NCBI RefSeq assembly: GCF_009834535.1
Contig: NC_045697.1
Coordinates: 55,616,001 to 55,680,000, forward strand
Direction: 5' to 3'
DNA: 64,000 bases
From: Camelus ferus
Lineage: Eukaryota
Part shown: positions 1-12,784 of the stretch, in pieces
How the letters are laid out: each line of letters opens with the position of its first letter
Numbering within the stretch: position 1 is the stretch's first letter
Notes under the pieces: generated by a model
Databases searched by the model: none
Seen by the model: only the letters and a program-made list of their open reading frames with translations
Told to the model about the DNA's origin: nothing
Position numbers and translations under genes: made by a program

Positions 1-490
1 TAATAGGGGTCCCAGAAGGAGAAGAAAGATCAAAGGGGATTGAAAAGGTTTTTGAAGAAATCATGACTGAAAACTTCCCAAACTTAAAGAAGGAATCAGA
101 TATCCAAGTACAGGAAGCTCAGAGGGTCCCAAACAGGAAGAATCCAAATAGACCCACACCAAGACATATCATAATCAAGATGGCCAGAGGCAAGGATAAA
201 GAAATGATTCTAAAGGCAGCAAGAGAAAAGCAAAGAGTAAGTTACAAGGGAACCCCCATAAGGCTCTCAGCTGATTTCTCTACACAAACACTACAGGCCA
301 GAAGGGAGTGGCAAGATCTATTCAAAGCCCTGAATGAAAAAAAGATGCAGCCTAGGATCCTTTATCCAGCAAGGCTATCCTTGACGATAGAAGGAGAAAT
401 AAAGAGTTTCACAGACAAAAAAAAAAAAAGCTGCAGGAGTTTAGCAACACTAAACCCATGCTAAAAGAAATATTGAAAGGTCTACTCTAA
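1..490 (+). pseudogene. L1 ORF1p C-terminal part (RRM/CTD), frameshifted in an A13 run at 417-429
   Basis: ENFPNL, RPTPRHIIIK, IRLSADFS..TLQARREW and ILYPARLS are L1 ORF1p motifs; the shifted frame ends KLQEFSNTKPMLKEILKGLL* (TAA 488-490). Confidence 0.95.
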
Positions 491-896
491 ATAGAAAAGC
501 AGCAGGATGCTACAGATAATGAGAAACTCACAACTGGAAAGGTGATAACTCATGAATTACAAATAAAGTAAACATGAAATTATAAAAGAAGACATACAAA
601 TCACTGAGAGTAGGAGAGGGAGGCAGGGAAATATAGAATATCTTTTTCTTTCTTTTTTAAAATTTTTTTAACAGTAGGATGGGTTTGAGATCATGTTACT
701 ATCAGTTTAATAAAAACAGTTATAGTAATGGGTTGATAGATTTACAAAAAAGGGTAACCACAAGCCAAAAATGTACAAAGGAGTCACAAAAATTAAATAA
801 AATCCATGAAAATGCAAAGGAAAATTACCAAACCACAAAAGGAAGAAGAAAGGAACAAAGAGGATATACCAATTCAACTGCAAAGATAAGTTCAAA

Positions 897-3800
897 ATGG
901 CAATAAACACACATCTATCATTAATTACTGTAAATGTTAATGGACTAAATGCTCCAGTCAAAAGACACAGAGTGGCAGACTGGATAATAAAGCAAGAACC
1001 TTCAATATGCTGCATACAAGAGACCCACTTTACGGAGAAGGACACATATAGATTGAGAGGGAAAGGATGGAAAAGGATATTCCATGCAAATGGAAAAGCC
1101 AAAAAAGCAGGTGTTGCAGTACTGATTTCAGACAAAATATACTTTAAAACAAAGGCCATCAAGAAAGATAAAGAAGGACATTTTATAATGATTAAAGGAG
1201 TGATACAAGATGAGGATATTACACTCGTTAATATATATGCACCCAATATAGGAGCACCTAAGTACATACAAGAATTACTAACAGAGATGAAGGGGGATAT
1301 TGATGGGAATACAATCATAGTTGGAGATTTTAACACTGCATTAACATCACTAGACAGATCTTCCAGACAGAAAATAAACAAGGCAACAGAGAAATTAAAT
1401 ACTACAATAGAAAAACTAGATTTGGTGGATATTTTCAGAGCATTACACCCCCCAAAAATAGGATATACATTCTTTTCAAGTGCACATAGAATATTTTCCA
1501 GGATCAATCATGTACTTGGGCACAAAAGAAACCTCAACAATTATAAGAAGATAGAAATTATCTCAAGCATCTTTACTGACCACAATGCCATGAAACTGGA
1601 AATCAACAACAGAGAAACAAAGGAGAAAAAAAGGAAAGCATGGAGATTAAACAATATGTTATTGAAAAAACAATGGATCAATGAGGAAATCAAAGATGAA
1701 ATTAAAAAATACCTTGAGACAAATGATAATGAAAGCACAACCACTCAAAACCTATGGGACACAGCAAAGGCAGTGCTAAGAGGGAAGTTTACAGTGATAC
1801 AGGCCTTCCTCAAAAAAGAAGAACAATCTCAAATAAACAATTTAACCCACCACCTGAATGAATTAGAAAAAGAAGAACAAAAAGCCCCAAAAAACAGCAG
1901 AAGGAAGGAAATAATAAAGATCAGAGGGGAATTAAATACAATAGAGATTAACAAGACCATAGAAAAAATCAACGAAACCAAAAGCTGGATTTTTGAAAAA
2001 GTAAGTAAAATCGACAAATCTCTGGCCAAACTCACAAAGAAGAAAAAAGAGAGAGCACAAATTAGCAAAATAAGAAAGGAAAATGGAGAAATTACAACAA
2101 ACAAAATAGAAATACAGAATATCATATGAGAATATTATGAAAAACTATATGGAACCAAACTGGATAACCTAGAGGAGATGGACAAGTTTCTGGAAACATA
2201 CTGTCCACCAAAACTGAATCAAGAAGAATCTGAACACTTGAACAATCCGATCACTAGAAAGGAAATAGAAATAGCAATTAAAAACCTCCCTACAAATAAA
2301 AGTCCAGGACCGGACGGCTTCACCGGGGAATTCTACCAAACATACAAAGAAGAACTCATACCAGTCCTTCTCAAACTCTTCCAGACGATTGAAAAGGAGG
2401 GAATACTCCCAAACTCATTCTATGAAGCCACCATCACCCTCATACCAAAATCAGGCAAAGACACTACAAAAAAAAGAGAATTATAGGCCAATATCACTGA
2501 TGAACATAGACGCCAAAATCCTCACCAAAATTTTAGCAAATAGAATCCAACAACACATAAAAAAGATTATACATCATGACCAAGTGGGGTTCATCCCAGG
2601 GACACAAGGGTGGTTCAACATATGCAAATCAATCAATGCAATACATCACATCAACAAGAGAAAGGACAAAAACCACATGATCATCTCAATAGATGCAGAA
2701 AAAGCATTTGATAAAATTCAACACCCATTTATGATAAAAACTCTCGCCAAAGTGGATATAGAGGGAACATATCTCAACATAATAAAAGCTATATATGACA
2801 AACCTACAGCCAGCATAGTACTCAACGGTGAAAAACTCAAAAGCTTCCCACTAAAATCTGGGACAAGACAAGGATGCCCACTATCACCACTCCTATTCAA
2901 CATAGTCCTGGAAGTCCTAGCCACAGCAGTCAGGCAAGAGAAAGAAATAAAAGGGATCCAAATTGGAAAAGAAGAGGTAAAAGTGTCATTATATGCTGAT
3001 GACATGTTACTATATATAGAAAACCCTAAAAGGTCCACACAAAAGCTATTAGAGCTGATTGAAGAATTCAGCAAGGTAGCAGGTTACAAAATTAACGTTC
3101 AAAAATCAGTTGCATTTCTTTACACTAACGATAAATCAACAGAAGAAGAAAGTAAAGAAACAATCCCCTTTAAAATAGCACCCAAAGTAATAAAATATCT
3201 GGGAATAAATCTAACCAAGGAGGTGAAAGAATTATACACAGAAAACTATAAACCATTGATGAAGGAAATTAAAGAAGACTTTAAAAAATGGAAAGATATT
3301 CCATGCTCTTGGATTGGAAGTATCAATATTGTTAAAATGGTCACACTGCCCAAGGCAATCTACAGATTTAATGCAATCCCTATCCAATTACCCAGGACAT
3401 ATTTCACAGAACTAGAACAAATCATAATAAAATTTATATGGAACCATCAAAGACCTAGAATTGCCAAAGCATTACTGAAGAGAAAGAAAGAGGCTGGAGA
3501 AATAACTCTCGCAGACTTCAGACAATACTATAGAGCTACAGTCATCAAGACAGCATGGTATTGGTACCAAAACAGACATATAGACCAATGGAACAGAATA
3601 GAGTGCCCAGAAATGAACCCACAAACTTTTGGTCAACTCATCTTTGACAAAGGAGGCAAGAATATACAATGGAATAAAGACAGTCTCATGAGCAAATGGT
3701 GTTGGGAAAACTGGACAGCAGCATGTAAAGCAATGAAACTAGAACATTCCCTTACACCATATACAAAAATCAACTCAAAATGGATTAAAGACTTAAACAT

Positions 3801-4695
3801 AAGACAAGATACAATAAACCTCCTAGAGGAAAACATAGGTAAAACATTATCTGACATACATCTCAAAAATTTTCTCCTAGAAGAAATAAAAGCAAGAATA
3901 AACAAATGGGACCTAATGAAACTTACAAGCTTCTGCACAGCAAAGGAAACCAGAAGTAAAACAAGAAGAAAACCTACGGAATGGGAGAAAATTTTTGCAA
4001 GTGAAACCGACAAAGGCTTTATCTCCAGAATATATAAGCAGCTCATACGACTTAACTAGGAACAACCAAACAACCCAATCCAAAAATGGGCAGAAGACCT
4101 AAACAAGCAATTCTCCAAGGAAAACATACAAATGATCAAAAAGCACATGAAAAAATGCTCAATATCACTAATTATCAGAGAACTGCAAATCAAAACTACA
4201 ATGAGTTATCACCTCACACCAGTCAGAATGGCCGTCATTCAAAAATCCACTTATGACAAATGCTGGAGAGGCTGTGGAGAAAGGGGAACCCTCCTACACT
4301 GCTGGTGGGAATGCAGTTTGGTGCAGCCACTATGGAAAACAGTGTGGAGATTCCTCAAAAGACTAGGAATAGATTTACCATATGACCCAGGAATCCCACT
4401 CCTGGGCTTATATCCAGAAGGAACCCTACTTCAGGATGACACCTGCACCCCAATGTTTATAGCAGCACTATTTACAATAGCCAAAACATGGAAACAGCCT
4501 AAATGTCCATCAACAGGTGACTGGATAAAGAAGAGGTGGTATATTTATACAATGGAATACTACTCAGCCATAAAAACCGACAACATAATGCCATTTGCAG
4601 CAACATGGATGCTCCTGGAGAATGCCATTCTAAGTGAAGTAAGCCAGAAAGAGAAAGAAATATACCATATGAGATCGCTCATATGTGGAATCTAA
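897..4695 (+). pseudogene. L1 ORF2p (APE endonuclease, reverse transcriptase, CCHC domain), three lesions
   Basis: NVNGLN, CIQETH, GDFNT, TDHN (endonuclease); [23 protein letters not shown] (RT); [18 protein letters not shown]. In-frame TGA 2127-2129, +1 frameshift in A8 at 2468-2475, in-frame TAG 4057-4059. Confidence 0.97.
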
Positions 4696-5025
4696 AAATA
4701 CAAAAACAAAAACAAAAACAAACAAACAAAAACAAAGTGTAAATACAGGACAGAAATAGACTCATAGACAGAGAATACAGACTTGTGGTTACCGGGGGGT
4801 GGAGGGTGGGAAGGGATAGACTGGGATTTCAAAATTGTAGAATAGATAAACAAGATTACACTGTATAGCACAGAGAAATATACACAAAATGTTATGGTAA
4901 CTCACAGAGAAAAAAATGTGACAATGAGTGTGTATATGTCCATGAATGACTGAAAAATTGTGCTGAACACTGGAATTTGACACATTGTAAAATGATTATA
5001 AATGAATAAAAAATGTCAAAAAAAA

Positions 5026-5301
5026 TTTATAGCAGAATTTCTCTCTAATGTCCTTAGAGAGATATATTGGAAGATGCTACACTGCTGGCTTTGATGGAAG
5101 GAGGGGCCATGAGCCAAAGAATGAAGGTAGATGCTAGAAGCAAAAGGGGGCTGGATTCTCCCCTACAGCCGCACTTTGATTTTGGCCTAGTGAAACTCAC
5201 TTTGTATTCTAACCTCCAGAGCTGTAAGATAACAAATATGTATTGTTTTAAGCCAATAAATTTGTGGTAATTTCCTAGAGCAGGAATAGGAAACAAATAC
5301 A
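5026..5301 (+). mobile_element. MaLR solo LTR 3' portion (MLT1D-like), abutting the L1 tail
   Basis: gaagatgctacactgctggctttga...gattctcccctac...gttttaagcca..aaatttgtggtaattt...ggaaacaaataca resembles the MLT1 3' end. Confidence 0.85.
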
Positions 5302-6929
5302 ATAGAACCTAATATAGATTGGGTTACCTCATCAATAATGTGAAAGCCTGTGAAAATATATTTATCACAATTTCTAAGTCTTTTGGGCCTTCTCTAGTGA
5401 GAACTGTGGTGGTTTCTTGCAGCCAACATCGTAATTCCTTAAAATCCTTCAGTGTGTGGGACTAGCCTACAGAGACAGGCAGTTTGACACTCATTCTTTA
5501 AAACAGAGACAGAGATGGAGACAGACTCTCAGAGGGGTTGTATCTCTTGTCTAAATTATTTTTTTTAATAACTCTTCCAATTTTCAAATTAGCGTACCTT
5601 GACATTTTGGGTGGTTTGTTTTTGTTCCTGTTTTTGTTTTGTTTTAACAAACAAGACGTTATTCTACTGTGGGATAGAGCACTTGATATTTTCAAATGGT
5701 AACAAATGTACTTGATTGGTGAATTTGGGGGAACTAAAGTTTGTCTAAGCTCTGCTTTGATTCTCTTTTTGGAAACTCTAATCTGTAAAATGCATTCATT
5801 CCACACTTTCTTTGCTATGTGCTAAGAGGCTTTTTCTGACAGAGGAGGTCTGAGGTTGTCCAGTACTGCTTGAGACTACCTAATTCAAACCCAATTCTGA
5901 CATCAGTGGTGAGTCCTTTTTGTCATAAATCTAAAGCACCATTTTCCCACTGGCTTACTCAGTAAGAATAGTGCTATTTTGATTTCCACCTGTCTGAGAG
6001 AGACTCATATCTGTCTCTCAATTTGTTGCAAATTTATGCCAAAACTGTGTGATTTACTAACTCGTAAAAACCTAATAGAAATTATAGAATTTTTTTAAAG
6101 ATAAAATATAATCACTAGATAGTTAATAAGAGTATTAGAGATGTTTGTCATGTGACACTAGCATTTTATTTGACGGTGGGTACTTTAAAAGGGTCCAGGA
6201 CACACATAAACATATACTGAATATTATGCACTGAATCAAGCCAAAATCAAAGTCCTGTTATAGCAATGTAATTATTATTATGCAAGATGTGCATCTTAGT
6301 GGCTGATGCAATAAGAATTAATTCCAAAGGAATCAGTAAAAGATTTTGCCATCTTGCCTCATTCAGTTTTCTACTCAGTACACAAGAAAGCTCTGTCCAA
6401 GCTCATAAGCTCACAGATTCTAGCTCTGTCCCCTGTAATGCTGCAATCACTACACACATCTGAATGGACATTAAGCACTCGAAAATTTGCATTGGATATG
6501 CAGCCTTCTGAGATGCATCTAATGTGCACTTTCTAATTAACTCTGCTACCACACCTGGGCCTACCGTCTTTTGGCTATAAGCATATTTTCAAAGGGGATT
6601 TGAAAGGCAATTCATTAATTTGGTATCATTCTCCAAAATCAACAACAATAAAAATATACAAAGAGAGGCAGATTTGATGATTAATTCAGTCTAGAACTAC
6701 AACATCTGCTATGAAGCTAAACTGGGTTTGTTTTGGCTTTTATTTTGAAACATTATTTAAAGAGCTCCAATCTGTTTAATTTGCAGGGGATTTGGGAACA
6801 GGGGAAGGTGGTTGAATATCAGAGTCTGGGGAACACAGGTTGATTTTCTAACAGAGCCTAAGAAAGGCAGACTAAATACAACAAGAAGAAAAACAGCAGC
6901 AGCATCAACAATCAAAGCATTAGAGTTTA

Positions 6930-7147
6930 AATCACAGGAACAACAAGATTCAAAATTGGATCTATAGTCTTTATAGCTGTTTATTCTTGGGAAGTTAATT
7001 CACCACATTCAATATCAGTTTTCTCATCTATGAACTGGGTATAATAATACTGACCTTACAGAATCTTCAGGGCATTTCAATGATAAAATGTTGGTAATGA
7101 GCTTTGCACTAGCTCTGGTCTATCAGTGGCAATCAGTAGCTATTATT
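6930..7147 (+). mobile_element. MIR SINE remnant
   Basis: Core cagttttctcatctatgaactgggtataataatac and terminal tagctattatt. Confidence 0.7.
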
Positions 7148-7795
7148 TGAATCTGAATCTTAAGAGAGTCGGCAATGCACACCCACACATTTAAATTTAC
7201 AGAGATTGAACTTGCATATTGCCTAGATAAATACAATTTCACATATAACTGCCAGTCATAATTTCTGTATTTATCTACTCTAAAAGCATAATAAAGTTTC
7301 AGATAGGCATTTCTTAAGACACTGGGAAAAGCACTGAATAAGTTTTATTCAATTCCATCAAAGCCACACTAAATAAGCATTCACTTAGTAGAAAGAATGT
7401 TTTCAGAGCAAAGAGGGTTTCACGACAGGACCTCAGCCCTCCTTTCAACAATATTGCCTCCTTCAATTTCCTCCATTACCAAAATTCTGGAGGCATATTT
7501 GCCAAGGAATGTCTGTGAGATACACTGGGTGTTAGGAAATGCATTAAAATGAAGAGAATTATTAGAAGTGAGTTGACAAAGTCCACCTGTACCGTAAGTT
7601 TTATGTGCTGAGAAAGCACTGTGTTTTAATCTTATTTACTCATTTTATTACTTCCTCATGAGAATTCACTTATGTTTTAATGTGAAAAATGATAAACTTT
7701 AGTTACAAATAATAAACATACTCCTGTGTAACAATATAAAGAGTCTACTTGAATGATGTTCAGTCTCATTTCAATTAGAAAATGTGTTTCATGGA

Positions 7796-7825
7796 TAAGG
7801 AGTCTTAAGGAGTCTTAAAGAGTCT
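7796..7825. repeat. 3 x 10-bp tandem repeat (taaggagtct)
   Basis: taaggagtct taaggagtct taaagagtct read directly. Confidence 0.9.
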
Positions 7826-7839
7826 AGCTTTTTCATCCT

Positions 7840-8620
7840 ACGGCATGGCTGAGCAAGATGGGCAGAGACGGGGCAAAGCTGGGCAGCTATACTGAGATGT
7901 CATCCTTGGGTTTAGGCCCTGTCCTCAGCATCCTCTGGTCACTGGTTCTCGGCTCAATTTTTAGTGCTGAATCTAAAGCTGGTATAGCTAGTGAGTTAAT
8001 CTCTCTCTTGGATTGGACAGAACCCATTAGCACCCTCAAGCCGACTCAGATGCCATTAGACTCTAGGAAGCTACCTGGCTCCGGGTTTCTGCTACATTGG
8101 CCAACGAGAAAAAAACAAATCAAAACAAAAAACAAAACACACACACACAAAGGTGGGCAGTCCCCCTCAGTGTCCCGCTGGCTAGGGAGAGAAGAGTGGC
8201 TTTCTTCCTGCCACTGCAGACTTCACAGTATATCTGCTACCTCTCAACTCAGCATGGAATCAGGACAACTGCTACATGAAAATGAAGGGCCTTGAATGAA
8301 AGATAAACCACTAAACTTCTCTCTGCCAAAGCTGATCACACCCAAGGTGAATAGTACAGCCCCATCTCTGAGTATGGAGTTCCACTGAAATGGTATTTGA
8401 ACATACCTACCTCCAAAAGAAAAGACCAAAGGTGAGAATGATGATATTTCAGAACCAGGTGGCTGGCTGTGAGTTGTAATGCAAATCCCTAGTGTTTTGT
8501 GTCTTCTCACATCCACCCCACCCAGCCCCCTCTCTCTTCCCTCCCCCATCCTTCCTCCTCTCCCTCCTTCCCTCTCTTTCATCCACCAACTCCACTCTGT
8601 ACATCTCCTGTGAAATATTA
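7840..8620. promoter_or_regulatory. Candidate regulatory region in non-repeat, locally GC-richer DNA
   Basis: Two ATTGG (reverse CCAAT) motifs near 8012 and 8096, ggtgggcag GC-box-like motif at 8152, C-rich pyrimidine tract 8512-8600; motif evidence only. Confidence 0.3.
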
Positions 8621-9479
8621 AAATACTTGTTTTTCTTATGGATACTAACAAGAGAAGTGATATCAAAGTCCTGAGAGCAGGACTTCCCTGCTTCTTGGGA
8701 ACAAGTGGAAATGTCCAGGAAGAGAGTGTAATAAATAAAAGCCCGTGACCAGAATCTCTAGAAAGGCTTACACAGTGTAGGTGAAGATGAAGCATTTCTA
8801 TTGCCTGCTATTTTTTTTCAAGTTCTACTCTCTGTCTTTGAAACGCCATTAAATGATTCTGCAATTGGAAATACCTATGTATGCTCTTTAAATCCCAGGC
8901 TTTATACTTTCTTTATAGGAGAGGAGTCTATATTCCATTCTAAATTATACCCATACTTTGCCACTTTGAAATAAAAATGGGGCTTCTGTTCCTTTTACTT
9001 CTTATCTCCCCTTAATAACTCCCTCTTATCACAAGAATTAGATAATTGCCATGTATCATTATTAGTTTTTAAAAACGAATTTTTAGTTGATACAATAATC
9101 AGGAAAAACAGTATCTTTGACCTATACTTCATAACCTTCATTCCTTCTTGCTCATAGTTCCTGTCATTTTTACTGAACTTACACGACTTTGCCTCAAATA
9201 TATTCCTGATCAAGTCTCTCCTTGTCCTTTAGAACCCTATTTGGAGGAAGCAGGAGAGAAGTCAGTCTTTATCACTGCTGACTTAACAGGATGTGTACTA
9301 TGTCTCTGTATAAACTACCAGTAAGGCAAGTCGTCCAAAAGGTGGAAAAAAAATTAAATTATATTTAAAAATAAGAATCAATTAGGAATTGACACTTTGA
9401 GACTTCAAGTTATTTGACAGTTTTGAATGTGTGTGTGTGAGTTTATCACATGGTAAGGGAAGCCACCACTACTTTGGTG

Positions 9480-9647
9480 TTTGAGGCTGCTACACTGTTC
9501 ACCAGATTTTCACTGAGACAATGAGCTTCTCAACTGCTTCCACCACTGCACTTTCATTGTCTATTTTACATGTTGATCTTGTACATAAAATTTTCTAGGA
9601 AAAAATAGTCTTATGCCTATCAAAAAAAGGTTGGTACAACCATTGGC
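9480..9647. mobile_element. Probable hAT-Charlie fossil (MER103-like)
   Basis: tctattttacatgttgatcttgtacataaaatt...aaaaaggttggtacaaccattg resembles a Charlie-type terminus. Confidence 0.4.
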
Positions 9648-10199
9648 TTTAATAAAAGTTGATAAAACTACTCTTCCACATGGTTGACATTGTCCTTCTA
9701 ACAGAATTTCAGGGTACTTACATCCATTTCATCTAATACGTTTGACGTACTTTTGACTTGACATATTGCATTATGTTTCTGGTTCCATTCATAAATAAAT
9801 ATTTTTTCTAGACTTCTGTCTCCTTGGATTACATATAAACATAAATCTAATTTTTTTTTTTCCTTGGTGACTCATCCTTGCAATAAATCTTCCAAGTCAT
9901 ATCTGATCTATCTTAGGGTCAGCCATCTTCTTTGTGCCAAATAAAACTTCCTGCTTTGTATGACTCTTCCACAGCTTCTGACCCACGAATAGTTCTAAAT
10001 CCAGTTCCATGCTTTATACCACATTTTTCTTTTTGTAGTTTTATGTATTTTAACATTTTTTTCAGTTTCATTTCTCCTTAAGTGTCAAGACTGTCATTTT
10101 CATCAATTTTAAAAAAAAATGGATCAGTTTTAAATTGAATGTTTCAATGTTAAGATTGTTGTATTTGGTACATACCCTCTTTATGATTATCCTACTTAC

Positions 10200-10286
10200 T
10201 AAAAACATTTTTAGTATAAGTATGTCCCCAATATCCATTCTTAATCTGAATTGAAATTTAACTGGTGTTGATACTAAATATGGCAA
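10200..10286. mobile_element. MER53 partial copy
   Basis: tttttagtataagtatgtcccc and tctgaattgaaatttaactgg, shared with the copy at 32188. Confidence 0.6.
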
Positions 10287-10488
10287 ATCTATCTTCCTCA
10301 GAAATATCTCTGAAAATTTCTAAAGTTGACTTCCCCTAATGATCTATGTTGTTTCTGTATATGTGTTAATAATGTTAATTTTCTGTGGTTCCTCCATTAA
10401 ATAATCTTCAACACATAGGAATAGGCCACTTAAAAAGGAAGAGGTGTCAAGAAAACTGAAGGATGAAAGAAGGGAATGCAAGGTACTT

Positions 10489-11735
10489 AAAAGAAACATA
10501 CATGACATTTTCTGACATACATTTTAGCAATGTTCTCATACAGCAGTCTACCCAGGCAATACAAATAAGAGCAAAAAAAAAAAAAAAAACCCCACAAATG
10601 GGACCTAATTAAACTTATAATCTTTTGCATAGCAAAGGAAACCATAAGCAAAACAAAATGACAACCTACAGAATGGGAGAATATTTGCAAATGATACAAC
10701 TGACAAAGGCTTAATTTCCAGAATATATAAACAGTCCATACAACTTAATAACAAAAAACCAAACAACTCAATCCAAAAATGGGCCGAAGACCTAAGCAAG
10801 CAATTCTCCAATGAAGACATATAAACGGCCAGCAGGCACGTAAAAAAGTTCTCAATATACTAATTATCAGAGAAGTGCAAATCAAAACTATATTGAGGTA
10901 TCACCTCACATCAGTCAGAATGGCCATCATTCAAAATCCATGAACGATAAATGCTGGAGAGACTGTGGAGAAAAGGGAACCCTCTTACACTGTGGGTGGG
11001 AATGTAGTTTGGTACAACTGTTATGGAAAACATTATGGAGATTACTCAAAAAACTAAAAATAGACTTACCATATGATCCAGCAATCCCACTCCTGGGTAC
11101 ATATCCAGAGGGAACTCTAATTCGAAAAGATACATGCCCCCCAATGTTTACAGCAGCACTATACACAATAGCCAAGACATAGAAGCAACCTAAATGTCTA
11201 TCGGCAGATGACTGGATAAAGAAGCTGTGATATATTTATACAATGGAATACTACTCAGCCATAAAAAAGAATAAAATAATGCCATTTGCAGCAACATGGA
11301 TGGACCTAGAGACTGTCATACTAAGCGAGAAAGAGTGAAGCCAGAAAAAGAAAGAAAAATACCATGTGATATCACTCATATGTGGAATCTTAAAAAAAAA
11401 AAATAAAGGAAAAAAGGACACTATAAACTTATCTACAAAACAGAGCCTCGCAGACATAGTAAACAATCTTGTGGTTACCAGAGAAAGGGGTGGAAGGGAT
11501 AAATTTGGGAGTTTGAGACTTGCAAACGTTAGCCGCTATATATAAAACAAGATTAAAAAAAAAAGTTTCTTCTGTACAGCACAGGGGACTATATTCAATA
11601 TCTTATAATAACCTTTAATGAAAAAGAATATGAAGATAAATATATGTATGTATATGCATGACTAGGACATTGTGCTGTACACCAGAAACTGACACATTGT
11701 AACTGACTATATTTCAATTAAAAAATTAAAAAAAA
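10489..11735 (+). mobile_element. 5'-truncated L1 (ORF2 C-terminus, 3' UTR, A tail)
   Basis: [29 protein letters not shown]; ends gacacattgtaactgactatatttcaattaaaaaa. Confidence 0.95.
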
Positions 11736-11889
11736 ATATATACAAGAGTCAGTTCCACATGATAAGAACATGAGAAAACCATGCATAAATTGTAAAAAAA
11801 AAAAATTACCTTAGATATAGAAACAATACACAATTCAATAAATGAGTCAATGTTGAAAGCAGACATATTTCTGAAGGAAATCTGAAGCT

Positions 11890-11980
11890 AACTAGACCAG
11901 GGCCACATAGCTGCTGTGAGGTTGATTGAAAGTAGATTCAAACCCAGGTACATCAGACTTCAAAGCCCAAACTCTTAGTG
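11890..11980 (-). mobile_element. MIR remnant
   Basis: agggccacatagct...gattcaaacccagg...gacttcaaagcccaaactctta. Confidence 0.65.
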
Positions 11981-12784
11981 ACTTTGAAGCCACATAAAGG
12001 ACCCCATTCTTTTACAACCCATGTCCATGCATAATCAAAGGTCAATATGTGTGTTCACAAAGTACCATCAGCTCTCCTTTTTCTTTTTGGAGTCTAGTTT
12101 CCCAGTGGGATTAAGGGTGTACTTCATATTGATTTTATGAGCATTTTGTTGATTAAGCTTGATAACAATTGCTTAGACATGTATTTGCAAATACTTTACT
12201 TTTTTCCAGGTTTCCTGCTTGATTGCATTTGATTATATTAAGATGTTCTTTTTTAACTTACATTTTAATTGATCTAATTTTTTTTTACTTTCTTCTTTGC
12301 CCCTAAAATACCTTAGACATAATATAAATTCAGCCCTATTTTATTATTTTGGGTTTTGTTTAGTTTCTTTGTTAACTATTTAATGTATCAGAAACTGATC
12401 TTGGTCTTTGGTATGAAGTGAGAAACTTAGAGGGCTTTCAAGGTCTCCAATAACCAGTTATGACTCTTCTTGTTCATGTGTGTGAAGACTTACTTCCACT
12501 AAGTACGCCCACAGTTGTGCATTGTACTTACAGTCATCTGAGAACAGCAGACCTATGCACATACAAATTTTCCTGGCACTGATAATACCCACAGTTCTTT
12601 ATTTCACTGTTACATGTAATAGGTACAATGACTCTCCAACAAGCATAGTCCCTTTTTTCTCTGTCATGTTCCTTAATCATCTCTATTTGAATATGTCTTC
12701 ATAAACTGTGTAATACCTATGATTTTAAACACTGTTCTGTAAATATATCCTGTGGAACATTGCTTTACATCATATTGAGTAAGT

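Larger units (their letters stand above)
1..5025 (+). mobile_element. Young LINE-1, 5' end outside the window, near-intact coding region
   Basis: ORF1 C-terminus, inter-ORF spacer 491-896, EN-RT-CCHC ORF2, 3' UTR with G-rich tract, AATAAA at 5005-5010 and A-rich tail to 5025. Confidence 0.98.

Noticed and set aside
679..906. 75-aa ORF in the L1 inter-ORF region
   Set aside because: A-rich composition, no recognisable domain, chance-level length
707..4046. Long minus-strand ORFs (266, 118 and 137 aa, among others) with hydrophobic composition
   Set aside because: Antisense shadows of A-rich L1 ORF2; similar peptides recur opposite the other L1 copies
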